A DNA stretch of 64,000 bases from an uncultured Nitrososphaeraceae archaeon (GCA_963837175.1 CAWIMJ010000017.1:1-64000); one strand, 5' to 3'; positions 35,045 to 46,407 are shown, counted from the first letter of the stretch. Program-made: numbers and translations. The notes: generated by a model from the sequence alone, not told the origin.

Positions 35045-35413
35045 ATGAGTCTATTTCCAAACGAAGACATTCTCACAAAAGAAATTGAATCATGGAAAGG
35101 TTTTGCAGATAGTTTGCATAGTGATAATAAAGAATTATTTATGAATATGTTAAATGAATGTTACAAGTATGCTGCTGCAATTAATGCAAAAGGCGAACCA
35201 TTTCCAGCTGAACCATTGATTATGGCGTTACTGCTATCACAACATAAAATGATTGATTGGTTAACAAAACAAATTTCAAAGTATCAATCACTTGTTAATA
35301 ATAGTAAAGAACTTAAGAAAGCCAAACAACTAGGAGAACAAGACTTAGGTAGAGAAAATACAAATGATTACATCATAAAGAATGAAAGAATTCATTATAT
35401 TGATGACTATTAA
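35045..35413 (+). CDS. Conserved hypothetical protein
   Basis: EIESWKGFADSL...LF..ML..CYKY..AINAKG.PFP.E..IMALLL.QH; clean ORF. Confidence 0.6.
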   Translation: MSLFPNEDILTKEIESWKGFADSLHSDNKELFMNMLNECYKYAAAINAKGEPFPAEPLIMALLLSQHKMIDWLTKQISKYQSLVNNSKELKKAKQLGEQDLGRENTNDYIIKNERIHYIDDY

Positions 35414-36909
35414 GCTTGTCAATTATTATTATCATCATAAAACGCAAATCTTCAATTCAGTTTATTTCCCTCTTTAATTTTGAGTTGTCATATTACTATT
35501 ACTGGTACAGTTATTCTAAATACATGATGAGTCTTGTAAATAATTAATAAATACACACTAGTAGAATGTAATCTGTATGCATCAAAAGATGATAAATGAA
35601 TCATAGTAATACAATAATACTAATAATAATGAACAAGGAATTATCCTAATTATCACTGCATTGTCAATATGAACAGATTGTTCTTGCAGCTGCAGGATCA
35701 ACAGCAGAATTCGCACCTATACTATTTTATGTTGTTTCTAATACAAATGTGATATTCCTGCTTGCTCTAAATACTGCATCATATCCTTTGTTGGTAACAA
35801 TATCTTCTTGATCCCATTTTCTTATTAATTCTATCCCTCCAGGAAGTATAGGATCTATAAATAGAATTGGTCATCATATTGTCGTTGTAATGGATTATAG
35901 ATAATAATAATTGGTCTGCATTTAAGTAAATCTCACTATTGTCTTTAATCACATATTCCGTAGAGTAAAGAAGAAGACCAGAGAATCTATTATTACAAAC
36001 AATATGTAAAGGTCTGTGACTTTAATATCCAATAATACTCCCAGAAAATGAAGACACTGAAAGCAGTGAAGGCGTTATAGATGATACCTTAGACCAAAAC
36101 CAAATGATGATGAGGTTATAATGATAGTATCATAATGACTAAAATAGGCACAAAATGGGGTTTGTTTGAGGCAGGGAAGATAGTGGAGGTATTTTCATAT
36201 AGTGGTTGGACATCTACATCTATCTCTATCTCTGTGCACCAACGAATGAGTTATTTTAAATGTTTACTGACTGTCATAGGATCCTCTTTTATTAAAATGA
36301 GATGAGGTAACTATTCCATTAATGATTGAAGTTAGAGAAGGATTCAATCCTGATAATCCAGGGATAATAGTAGCATTACGAAATCGTTCGATTATATTCT
36401 ACTTTATTGCATTTTGTTCCATTTGGAAGCAGAAGATCAAAAGAGTTAGATGATTTCAACTGTATCTTTATGGATATGAATGAGTCGCAGGTTATATCAT
36501 GATAGTAAGGAATAAGAAATCCTATTAATTCTATTTTTAAGATAATTTCTTAGGAATTTAATACTCAGCAGACTAAAAAGTGAATTGATTGTAAATGTGC
36601 TGCTGGTTTTGAGACTTCTGTTGATGCTGCTGTTGCTCTTCGAGTAAATGATATATTCGATTGTTACGAAGTTGGCTTAATAGATGATGTATTGTAAATC
36701 GTAATAGTTCTGATGGACTTTCTTCATTAATCAATCAGCTTCATATTCAATCTTGGTTAGCGTAAGAAATGCATTATACTTTCTAACAATAGTATTGTTG
36801 GGAATACTTTCGATGATTTCTTGCTGCTATTGTTAGCGAATACATAATATTATCAGGTTGATCTTATAAAAGTCATGGCAAGCAATTCTATATATAATGG
36901 TGATATCCT

Positions 36910-37938
36910 TTGGTTATAGAACAGATACAAACCATTCTTAATATGTATAATTCAGGAATTGTCCCAGAGGTGATAGCACTTCAAATGGATAAAAGCAAAG
37001 AAGAAATTCTTCAAATTATAAAGAAAACAAAAGCAGAGGAAGAAGAAAAGAATAAGAAGAATAAGGTGGATTTATCATTGTCATCAAAAGGCGAAGTCAG
37101 AAAAGATTCCAACATTCCACTAATAACTAAAGTTTACTTCGACAAAGCTGTCAATATCGATCATGCCATAAAACATGCACAATCGAGAATGTGGAAAGCT
37201 CTAACGGTGAAATCTGACTTTGATATTTCAATGGAAGAGACACAAAACGCTCTAAATAATTATGCTGAATCTAAGGCTACTTTTGTGATTCTGCATATTG
37301 ATCTTGTGGATTCTACCAAATTATCAATGACTCTTCCTGTAAATAGGCTTATTACAATAATTCAAGCATTTTCTCAAGAAATGTCAGTGATATTATCAGT
37401 ATATGGTGGTTATGTGTTAAAGTATATAGGAGATGCCGTTTTGGCATTTTTCATTGTAGACTCACCCAATAACTTGTATTTACGTTGTATTAATGCAATG
37501 GAATGTGCATGTTCAATGATCAAAGTAGTAAGTCAAGGAATAAACCCTATTCTAAACCAATATGACTATCCTGAGTTAAGAGTAAGAATTGGTATTGATG
37601 TTGGTGAAAATGCAGTAGTTCAATTTGGATGGGATACTCATACATTAGATGGAAAAGTGGTTATGAAAAGCCCTCATTTTGACATTTTAGGTTATACTAT
37701 TAGTATTGCAACCAAAATGACTGTTTTTGCAAAACCAGATCAAATTGTAATAGGCCAATTAGTATATGATGTATTAGAAGAAGATAAGCAATCTACATTT
37801 AGGCCTCTACCAATAAATCCGCAAATTTGGGATTATTTTAGTAACAATACAGGAGGTATTTACCAGCTATATGGTAGCATAAATGAAAATGAAAGCAAAT
37901 ATAAAGAATATATTGATAGTAATCTGAAACACGGATAA
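36910..37938 (+). CDS. Class III adenylate/guanylate cyclase domain protein
   Basis: ILHIDLVDSTKLS, GGYVLKYIGDAVLAFF, VRIGIDVGE, DILGYTISIA.KM. Confidence 0.88.
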   Translation: MVIEQIQTILNMYNSGIVPEVIALQMDKSKEEILQIIKKTKAEEEEKNKKNKVDLSLSSKGEVRKDSNIPLITKVYFDKAVNIDHAIKHAQSRMWKALTVKSDFDISMEETQNALNNYAESKATFVILHIDLVDSTKLSMTLPVNRLITIIQAFSQEMSVILSVYGGYVLKYIGDAVLAFFIVDSPNNLYLRCINAMECACSMIKVVSQGINPILNQYDYPELRVRIGIDVGENAVVQFGWDTHTLDGKVVMKSPHFDILGYTISIATKMTVFAKPDQIVIGQLVYDVLEEDKQSTFRPLPINPQIWDYFSNNTGGIYQLYGSINENESKYKEYIDSNLKHG

Positions 37939-37980
37939 ATTTACCTCTCCGTTAAACTTAACTACTTTTCAATAAGAATT

Positions 37981-38690
37981 GGCTCTGTTAACTTAACCAC
38001 CTCTGATCAATAAAAATTTCATAAATCGTATTCCTGTTCATTCCCATATGCAGGTACAAGACAAAGATTTTCAACCAGTTATTGATGTGTTGTCTATCAC
38101 ATTTCTCTTTTCTACTACAAGGAAAATAGTCCTCAAAGCATTCTGTGTCCTGTCTTTTATTTTCTGAGTAAACCTTTCCATTACATTCTTTAGCTCAGAT
38201 ATACATGATATACATGATGATTTAATCGAAGCCATTTACAAGCATCATCATTGTACCAATGAGCTCCATCAGTATGGATAGGTTTTCTACTGCCATATCT
38301 AGCCCTAAGTTGTTTGAAAAAGCGGTAACATATGAAAATGGTTCTTCTGTCTTTAGATAAGTACATCATCAAACACGAATTTATATTTGGTTCATACGCT
38401 ATCCATAACCAATAATCTTGTCCATCTATTTGGATTAGCGTTTCATCAACAAATATTTCCTTGACTAAATGTTTATTTATTTATTTATTTATTTATTTAC
38501 TTTAAATCTGTCAGCACAATTAGCGTATTTCTGAACCCATTTCCAGATCGATACATGTGTCCTTTTAATTATGAGATCTAAACATTTTGATGCACATCGA
38601 TAGCTCCTGGAATTAAAATATAGGTACAATCCATAAGATATTACAGCTGGGTATTGTTGTCTTATTGCGTTCCATTTGGTCAATGAAATG
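37981..38690 (-). mobile_element. IS6-family DDE transposase remnant with one terminal IR
   Basis: RTHVSIWKWVQK, IFVDET..QIDG..YWLWIAYEP, TDGAHWY..AC, NVMERF...IKDRT.CF.DYFPC across frameshifts; GGCTCTGTT terminus at 37981; (TTTA)n tract at ~38472-38499. Confidence 0.85.
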
Positions 38691-38694
38691 CTTA

Positions 38695-38963
38695 TAGTTC
38701 AATCTGTGTTCTTGTACTGTTCTCATAGGCTCTTTCAAACGCATCCCTCTCTTTAAATTGTTATGCGCCTTCTTTTATAATTGTTTCAATAAATTTGTCA
38801 ACTACGACAGGAGGCATGAAGGAAGGGTCTGCATATATGGCATCTAATACTCTTTTCAATTTCTTGTATCTTAATACTGGCTCTATTTCCATTGCAGCAT
38901 CCAAATACTGTTCCAGCAACGGGGTAGGTTTTTCAAGCAGGCCTGAGGAGTCTATTAATACAA
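38695..38963 (-). repeat. Internal fragment duplicated from an alpha/beta-hydrolase gene (matches ~61868-62121)
   Basis: Long high-identity nucleotide match, e.g. ATTTCCATTGCAGCATCCAAATACTGTTCCAGCAA in both. Confidence 0.9.
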
Positions 38964-38986
38964 CCTAATAAATACACGCTATAGTT

Positions 38987-39025
38987 CGGGCCCGGAGGGA
39001 TTTGAGTCTTCCTGGTAGGAGGGTT
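38987..39025 (-). repeat. 39-bp att-like direct repeat, copy 1 (tRNA-Arg 3' end plus tail)
   Basis: CGGGCCCGGAGGGATTTGAGTCTTCCTGGTAGGAGGGTT; 2 mismatches to 41342-41380. Confidence 0.9.
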
Positions 39026-39164
39026 TTGTTTCTATTTGGTTGTTATGTAAAAACTGTTCAATGGGTCAGGTTGTTTGTGAACTGTTATCAACAATATAAT
39101 ATATAATTTGCAGCCAATCACTAACAAACAAGTTTGACATGATATTAGATATTCACGGGAGGAT

Positions 39165-39395
39165 TTACCCGTGAATCTCTTTTTCTAAAGCTTCTTTGAG
39201 CATATGCATATGTCTTTTTCTTTCTTCTTTAATTGTTTGCCATATTTGTACCAAATCTGATTTATTGGCATTCTGTGCATCTTTGATATAAGTTTCGATT
39301 GTATCATACAGGAAGTCTGCATCCTTGCCCAGAACTTTTAGAATATCATATGCCGTATCTGTTAACTCAGTTGATGATGATGTTGTTGATGACAT
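39165..39395 (-). CDS. Small ferritin-like helical protein
   Basis: YDI...L...A.FLY..IETYI.DA......L..IW..I..E..RH..ML pattern (half ferritin fold). Confidence 0.6.
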   Translation of the reverse strand: MSSTTSSSTELTDTAYDILKVLGKDADFLYDTIETYIKDAQNANKSDLVQIWQTIKEERKRHMHMLKEALEKEIHG

Positions 39396-39859
39396 ATCTA
39401 TATAATAAAGACAAATAAAATATTTAACAGATACATACATACATACATTAACCTGTACTTTTGAACATATGAGAATTTAAATGACATATTAAATATGTTT
39501 GAAATCAATTATGAATTGAAGGCAAAAAACATGCTATGTTCGTGGTGTTAAGAACATAGAATGTGAGATAGATCATATATCAGGTTTTCTTAGTTAAATA
39601 TGTCTAATCTGACCTGCGAATCGAAGTCTGAACCAGTCTATTAGCATCTAGGACTCATGATACCATACAAACCAAAGCAGATTTTTCAAGCTATCCACTG
39701 CTAGATAACCAAGAAGCTCATCTAGCTGACTGTCTTTATCTTCTAACGGCATATCTGATGAGTAAGTGCAGATCATAGAAGGATAAGTCAAATAAGATTA
39801 GGTCAAGGAAAAATGACCTAGATGTTTTTATTGATAGAAGTAGAGAATGTATCATTGGG

Positions 39860-40957
39860 ATGATTTCTTATCATGTTTTACAAGGAAATTCCTACGATGT
39901 TTTATCTAGATTATCTAATGATTCAGAACAAAGAGGCAAATACAAGCTTGTAGTTACCTCACCTCCCTACTACAGACACAGACACTATGGTAAAGATCCT
40001 AATGAAATAGGTCAAGAGGAAACTGACAAGATATTTATAGACAAATTGACGAATGTTTTTACAAAATGTAGAGAGCTTCTTACAGAAGATGGCAGCCTTT
40101 GGATTGTATTAGGTGACACCAGAAGGAAATATGGAAAACTTATGATACCTCATAGACTAGCCTTGAAGCTAGTTGAAAAAGGTTATACTTTTAGAGAAGA
40201 TATTGTCTGGTATAAAAAAAATAATATTTCTAGCAGTTCCAAGGATAACTTTGCACAAGCATATGAAGTAATATTATTTCTCTCAAAGAATGAAAAAAGT
40301 TTTACCAGTATGAGCCAGATAAGAGTAATAGGTAATGAGGCAAGGGAAGGGAGGAATAAAACACCACCCCACCATATGATACAATATGAACGATCATTAT
40401 TAAATCGTGATAGAGAGAAGATTAATAAAATAAAAGAAATTATCCGTAATGCGAAACATGATACCCCTTTTGAGGAATTACCAACAACAAGTGAAATAGC
40501 CAGAGCATATGGTTACGATCCTGAAAAATATTGTCCTACATGCTATCGCAAATTTAAACGTCATGCCACACGAAAAAGGATAGGAGATCACAAACATTAT
40601 CCAATATTTGCTGTCTGTAATTCCAGTGGAAAAAATCCAGGAAATGTCTGGGAGATATCTACAAAGGCACATTATGGAAATGAGCATTTTGCAATTTTTC
40701 CTGAAGATCTGGTTGACAGAATTGTTAAATTTGCTACAGATGAAGGCGACTGGGTTCTTGATCCCTTTGCCGGAAGTGGAACTACTGGAATAGTATGTGC
40801 GCACGTTAAAAGGAACTTTACAGGTATAGATTTGTATTCCGAGAATATTGCTAATGCAAATAAAAATATCGAATCTGCAATAAAAGGTAAATTTCGTATT
40901 AGGATGAAGCAATATCACATGCTCAAGCATCCAAGAAAAGAAACTTTTTTATATTAG
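39860..40957 (+). CDS. Site-specific DNA methyltransferase, beta class (probably m4C), orphan
   Basis: Motif IV VTSPPY precedes motif I VLDPFAGSGTT; HFAIFPE.L. Confidence 0.92.
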   Translation: MISYHVLQGNSYDVLSRLSNDSEQRGKYKLVVTSPPYYRHRHYGKDPNEIGQEETDKIFIDKLTNVFTKCRELLTEDGSLWIVLGDTRRKYGKLMIPHRLALKLVEKGYTFREDIVWYKKNNISSSSKDNFAQAYEVILFLSKNEKSFTSMSQIRVIGNEAREGRNKTPPHHMIQYERSLLNRDREKINKIKEIIRNAKHDTPFEELPTTSEIARAYGYDPEKYCPTCYRKFKRHATRKRIGDHKHYPIFAVCNSSGKNPGNVWEISTKAHYGNEHFAIFPEDLVDRIVKFATDEGDWVLDPFAGSGTTGIVCAHVKRNFTGIDLYSENIANANKNIESAIKGKFRIRMKQYHMLKHPRKETFLY

Positions 40958-41341
40958 AAAACTTTCTCGCGGAATATTAAGATGAACTAACATTCTAATA
41001 AGTAGATTAACAGATTTAATTCATGTTGTAGAACCTCTTGTTATCCTGCTATCAATAGATTTGTTAACATAGGAGGGAATCCAAATCAAGTGCATTTCTT
41101 TTTTAGAAAGACTGCATTGTATGCTATTTCTCTTACCTATTCGTCTTTTATATGATAATAAAACTACTACTACAATATTCAATTGTGTTTTTACAAATTC
41201 ATAGTGTCCCAAGCTTAAGTCTGAGGGGCATTCATCGCAAAGACGAACATGGAGTAAGGGTCTGATTCTAGTTCAAGCAATTGTTTATCTCTCTTTCTTA
41301 TTTTTATTTCCTAAAACCCTAAATGAGAAGTAATATCGTAG

Positions 41342-41380
41342 CGGGCTTGGAGGGATTTGAGTCTTCCTGGTAGGAGGGTT
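41342..41380 (-). repeat. 39-bp att-like direct repeat, copy 2
   Basis: CGGGCTTGGAGGGATTTGAGTCTTCCTGGTAGGAGGGTT; first 19 bp match tRNA-Arg 49722-49740 with one mismatch. Confidence 0.9.
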
Positions 41381-41838
41381 CATCTACCTTCTACAAAATT
41401 CATTAAGGAGATTGTAACAACAAGTCAAGGTATGCATATCATGATGCAGAATAAGAATTTCCAACAAGACAATTAACAGAAGGAAAGTTAGAATAATAAT
41501 GCAAAATCAAAGCAAGCTTAAAATAATTTAAGTGAAGAGCCGATTTATTGCTATAATATATTATAAACTATATAGCAAATAATTGTACATATATTTAATG
41601 TCAGACTCAAATGGAATATCTTTTAAAGATCCGTTATCGCCTATTTTAGCCTTAGTTTTACCATAGCAGATGCTTTTTGACATATCTTGTTGGACTAGTA
41701 AAGGATATACAGTTTAATAAAAAAATGAAACAAACTTTTTGTTAATAATGATATTGTTTTAGGAAATTTCAGGCGGGAAAATGAAGCTAGCGTCATATAT
41801 TCAATACCTTTCTCGTTCTATATCTTATTTAGTCCTAT

Positions 41839-44088
41839 TTAAAATTTAAAATCATTATGTGATGCATCTTCCAAAATAGTTTTTAACATAGTCACATCAC
41901 GTTTAAAGAAAATATCCAAAGTCCAATCAGCCATTACTCTTATCTTTTTTTGTAGTGTAGGAAGATTGGCTAGATAATACATACGCCATATCCACCATGC
42001 TATAAATCCTTGTACTTCTATTCCTAGTATTGCACCAACACCATTTCTCTTTCCAATAGATGCCATCATTCCTTTTGTTTTGTAGTCGAATACTTTTTTG
42101 TTTCCTGGTTTTCCTTCAATCAAAGAAATTATATTTTTGGCTACTACTGTCCCCTCTCTTATTGCATGCTGAGCTGTAGGTGGATAGGGATTCCCAGTGT
42201 TTGGATTTATTATAAATGCGCAATCTCCTATGGCAAAAACCCCTGGATATCCCTGTGCTTCCAAGTGCTTGTTTGTTATTATGCGACCGCTCTTTTTGTC
42301 ATGCTCACAAGTAAGTTCTTCTGTGATGGGATTGGGTGCTACTCCACCGGACCATATAATGGTATTTGTAGGAATAGACCTTCCATTTTTTAATTTAACA
42401 CTAGTTGCAGTAGCACCTGTAACACGAGCATTCAATAGGACTTCAACGCCACTTTGAGTCAATTTTTGCAAGGCAAATTTGGATAATTCTTCACTCATCT
42501 CAGGTAGAAGTCTGTTTCCAGATTGTATTATTATTACACGGATATCTTTAGGTTCAATATTATGATAATAGTCCTTTACTGAATCACGTAAAAAATCATT
42601 TAGTTCTCCTGCAGTCTCTACTCCTGCAAACCCTCCTCCAACAACTACACAGGTTAAAAGATTTTCTTTGTTAGTAATATCTGAATCTGAACCATTTTTT
42701 TTATCAGAGAAAGGTCTTTCTCGTAGCAGAAGTTCAGCCTGTTCAAGCTGATGTATGACATGGTTTCTTATGACAATTGCATCATTCCAACTTTTTATGG
42801 TAAGGGCATGTTTTTCGATATCTGCCATATCAAAAAATTTAGTTTCACTTCCCAATGCTATAACCAAGTAATCATATGAAAGATTGCTCAACTGTGCCTT
42901 TCCCAGATTAGACAATAATAAATGACTACTTCCCTGCTCTTGTTCCTGATAACTTGGAAGAGCAACCCCTTCAAGATTGCTGTTATTTGCATTGATAATA
43001 GAATGAGAAGATAAAGGAGATTCAATTTGGACTTGTCTATTCTTCAAATCAATTGACTTTACTTTAGCAGCATAGAATTTTGCTCTGTTGCAAAAAGCCC
43101 TAATAGGGGTTACAATATGCCTAGTTTCTATCATCCCTGAAGCTACCTCATGTAGCATCGGAGTAAAAAGGAAAAAGTTATCTTTACTTACCATTGTAAT
43201 ATTGACACTGACATCATTTTGAAATCTATCTTGCAGTCTTCTTAATACTTCTACACCAGCAAATCCTCCACCTAAAATAAGTATCTCTTTTGGATGAATT
43301 GGTTTAGCACCATGTATAAGCTCAAGGTGACGTTGCAGAGAATCAACCCTCGAGAAGGAAATATCACATTTAGGACATCTATATCTAGCACCAAATTTTA
43401 TCGACAAGAATGAAGAAAATAATCCAAGTGTTATTCCGAAAACTAAATTAATTATAAGAGAGTTTAAGAGGATTCTCAACTGTGTAAAAACAGATTGATT
43501 TGACGGAAAAGAAGAATATGATGTTTCTGATGGCTGGCTTATCATAGGTTGAGAATCTTCTATAATAACAGGAGGTTGTGTATTAATATTCGTGGTCTTA
43601 GTAGTTGAACTATTATCAATTGTGCGTGCAAATTCAGGACCTAATACGAATTGTTGAACTGGTATGGCAAAAACAACAAATACTAAAGAACCAACAAAGA
43701 GCCCATATTTTAACCCATTAGATGGTTTGCTTATATTTAGAATATTAGTTTTGTATAGAAAAAGTCCTGCTATTATACCAATACTTGTTGCAACAAAAAT
43801 ATGTAGCAAAAATCCTGCAACTATGACAGATGAAACAGGAGAATAAATGCCAGCAATGTGACCAAATACTATCCATGTTAAATAATATAATGACCCTTGT
43901 TCGATTGCAAACACGGTTATAGGAATAACATACATTATGGCTCCTGCAAGGGCTCCTGCGATAATGAAGAATACTTCCCTCTTAAATGAAAAATCTATCT
44001 TAAATTTAGTTGCAGCTGTTATGGTTTTTCTTTCTATTTGTGTTTTTGTTATACCATTACCATTATTATTTTTGTTATCGTTATCCAA
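41839..44088 (-). CDS. Type II NADH dehydrogenase-like flavoprotein with N-terminal membrane domain and C2H2 zinc finger
   Basis: ILGGGFAG, FLFTPMLHEVASG, YDYLVIALGS, VVGGGFAGVETAGEL, VFAIGDCA, PPTAQHA; CPKC...F...DSLQRHL..IH before the catalytic domain. Confidence 0.9.
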   Translation of the reverse strand: MDNDNKNNNGNGITKTQIERKTITAATKFKIDFSFKREVFFIIAGALAGAIMYVIPITVFAIEQGSLYYLTWIVFGHIAGIYSPVSSVIVAGFLLHIFVATSIGIIAGLFLYKTNILNISKPSNGLKYGLFVGSLVFVVFAIPVQQFVLGPEFARTIDNSSTTKTTNINTQPPVIIEDSQPMISQPSETSYSSFPSNQSVFTQLRILLNSLIINLVFGITLGLFSSFLSIKFGARYRCPKCDISFSRVDSLQRHLELIHGAKPIHPKEILILGGGFAGVEVLRRLQDRFQNDVSVNITMVSKDNFFLFTPMLHEVASGMIETRHIVTPIRAFCNRAKFYAAKVKSIDLKNRQVQIESPLSSHSIINANNSNLEGVALPSYQEQEQGSSHLLLSNLGKAQLSNLSYDYLVIALGSETKFFDMADIEKHALTIKSWNDAIVIRNHVIHQLEQAELLLRERPFSDKKNGSDSDITNKENLLTCVVVGGGFAGVETAGELNDFLRDSVKDYYHNIEPKDIRVIIIQSGNRLLPEMSEELSKFALQKLTQSGVEVLLNARVTGATATSVKLKNGRSIPTNTIIWSGGVAPNPITEELTCEHDKKSGRIITNKHLEAQGYPGVFAIGDCAFIINPNTGNPYPPTAQHAIREGTVVAKNIISLIEGKPGNKKVFDYKTKGMMASIGKRNGVGAILGIEVQGFIAWWIWRMYYLANLPTLQKKIRVMADWTLDIFFKRDVTMLKTILEDASHNDFKF

Positions 44089-44428
44089 GGTATTATCTTC
44101 CTTTATTCATAATAACCATTCCAACAGAACACAAAGTCATACATTCATCGATACTACAACATATTTAATCAATGTTGACTGGATCTATTTTGTTCGTGTA
44201 GTATGAAAAATAGCTTTATTTTTTTAATAAATATGTATTCACATTTGATTTTCTAAGATGATTATTTTTTCTCATTTTATAATAGTAATCAATTTGTGGA
44301 TAAATATTGCTATTAGGGTCCGGTGGTATCAAGACCCTTCTCCTTTATAGGTTGAATAACTATTCTGTGATCATTGCAAAACTTTACTCCAACAGTGATA
44401 GTAGATGGACTTCCACGTACTGTAATAA

Positions 44429-44779
44429 GTGGGGTTTGTAATACCAGCAATATCTGAGCTATCTATGATGCTGTTTAAGTTCATAGCTCCAGGTGCAATG
44501 ATGAATAGGTTGTCTGATAGAAACAATTTTGGAAGAGTGGCATTAATTTGTCCATTAACAAACTTGGTGATGGATTTCTCATTCCTGTTAATCTCGGTCT
44601 ATTCCAATTCCGTTAGTCCATATTTTGCAGTAGATGCATCATTTAATGGTTGGATCGCAATGTTTAATCTTGTGCCATTTGGAGTATTAGATGGTCAGAA
44701 GATATTTGACTGGAATAAGATAATATCGAGAATTGTCATGATGTTTGCTATGGGATTATTTATCTTTGTTTATTTGTAA
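44429..44779 (+). pseudogene. Site-2 protease (M50) C-terminal fragment
   Basis: FIAPGA, GRVAL..PLTN, N.WIAMFNLVPFG.LDG.KIF.WN; HExxH half absent. Confidence 0.7.
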
Positions 44780-44836
44780 TTTGTTTAGTCTAAAAGGCTC
44801 CCTAATTCTCCTTCCTAACACAAGGACTTCTGCTCT

Positions 44837-45140
44837 TCACTTAGGTAGATCAAACGCAATGACGCCCCCTCCTGAGTTTGCTCCGATAGTAAATGTTTGA
44901 CCAGTTGTTACAAACAACATACCATTTCCAATTGATGGGCCACCAATTCCGATAGGGGTTCCTATGTTAAACTCCCATAGTTTCTTACCTGTATCCTTGT
45001 CTAGTGCAAAAATTATTCCTGATGGAATTAATGGTGCTTGCTGGAGAGTTAGGACCACCAAACTGACTAATTCCATATGGTTTTCCTGTTGCAGTTACAT
45101 GTCCTGAAAATACTAATCCATTAGTTACTAATGGTGATTA
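44837..45140 (-). pseudogene. PQQ-type beta-propeller protein, C-terminal fragment
   Basis: GIIFALDKDTGKKLWEFNIG.PIGIGGPSIGNGMLFVTTG; upstream frameshifted PLVTNGLVFSGH. Confidence 0.7.
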
Positions 45141-45570
45141 GCCAAAGAGTGTTATTCAATGAAGCTGGCTTTATTTACTAATTCTACTGCGGTAGATGAT
45201 GCTATTATGTTTGTATCTCAGAAATCTAAAGAGAATCTAAAATCATCTGGTGAAGATGAGGAAGAAGAAGTGGATGGGTCAGATTATGAAGAACCTAGAG
45301 AAACAAGTCATACAGCAATAACTACTAACGAAGTCTTTTAGGATGAATCATGAAATGAACTGCTATATCGAGGGTGTATAGATATTGCTACTTTGGGCCC
45401 TTAACTTACAGTTATAAGCCAAGTCGTTAACTATCGAGTCATGCCACTCAGGATGGGCATTGTGTTCATTGATCTGTATGTGGCACTTCTAAGCTCTCAC
45501 CGCCATCATCTTTTGGAACCTTACGTTATCTTTTACAGAATGTTTATTGTCATGTGTTCTGGTGCCACGT

Positions 45571-46407
45571 CTAGGATTTCAAGAAGGACAATAGGTCGGG
45601 GTTGAGCTGATCCTGATGCGTGGCCGTGAGGCCGTGAGGTGCGCCAGGATAATAGATTTCCTTCGCGCCTTTGATGAGCCTGGCCGATTTCTTAGCCGAA
45701 TCCTTGACGGGAACGATCTGGTCGTCCTCGCCGTGCATAACAAGGGTCGGGACGTCGATCTTCTTGAGATCCTCGGTGAAATCGGTCTCGGAGAAGGCCT
45801 TGATGCTTTCATAGGCATTCTTGAGGCCGGCCTGCATGCTCCAGAGCCAGAACTGATCCAGGATACCCTGGGAGACCTTGACCCCCTGCCTGTTAGCGCC
45901 GTAGAACAAGATGGCCAGATCCTTGTAGAATTGCGAGCGATCCTTGATTAGGCCCGAACGCATGCCATCAAACGCTTCCATCGGCAGGCCCTCCGGATTG
46001 GTGGCTGACTTCAGCATGATCGGCGGCACAGCCGCGATGAGGACAACCTTGGCAACTCTCTTAGTCCCATGGCGCGCGATGTAGCGGACGACTTCGCCGC
46101 CGCCGGTGGAGTGGCCCACGAGAGTGGCGTCCTTGAGATCGAGCACCTCGATCACAGCTGCAAGATCATCGGCATAGCCGTCCATGTCATTGGCCGAAGA
46201 CGCCTGGCTCGACCGGCCATGGCCACGACGGTCGTGTGCGACCACCCGGAAGCCGTTCTGCGCGAGGAAAAGCATTTGGCCGTCCCAAGCGTCAGAGCTT
46301 AGAGGCCAACCATGCGAGAACGTTACGACCGGGCCTTTGCCCCAGTCCTTGTAGTAGATTTCGGTACCGTCCTTGGTGGTGATCGTGCTCGAGTTTGATT
46401 TATTCAT
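45571..46407 (-). CDS. cpo: Non-heme chloroperoxidase / arylesterase (alpha/beta hydrolase), bacterial-type
   Basis: [49 protein letters not shown]; markedly GC-rich. Confidence 0.93.
   Translation of the reverse strand: MNKSNSSTITTKDGTEIYYKDWGKGPVVTFSHGWPLSSDAWDGQMLFLAQNGFRVVAHDRRGHGRSSQASSANDMDGYADDLAAVIEVLDLKDATLVGHSTGGGEVVRYIARHGTKRVAKVVLIAAVPPIMLKSATNPEGLPMEAFDGMRSGLIKDRSQFYKDLAILFYGANRQGVKVSQGILDQFWLWSMQAGLKNAYESIKAFSETDFTEDLKKIDVPTLVMHGEDDQIVPVKDSAKKSARLIKGAKEIYYPGAPHGLTATHQDQLNPDLLSFLKS

Noticed and set aside
35650-36150. Possible peptidase remnant (GHHIVVV-like stretch)
   Set aside because: Too short and broken to support
39860-40957. Restriction-modification defence system
   Set aside because: No endonuclease-like ORF adjacent; treated as an orphan methyltransferase
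45395-45432. Possible integron attC or Xer dif-like site next to GC-rich imports (also ~3010 and ~27740)
   Set aside because: Only partial TAAC/GTTA symmetry; no convincing paired R/L boxes and no IntI gene seen
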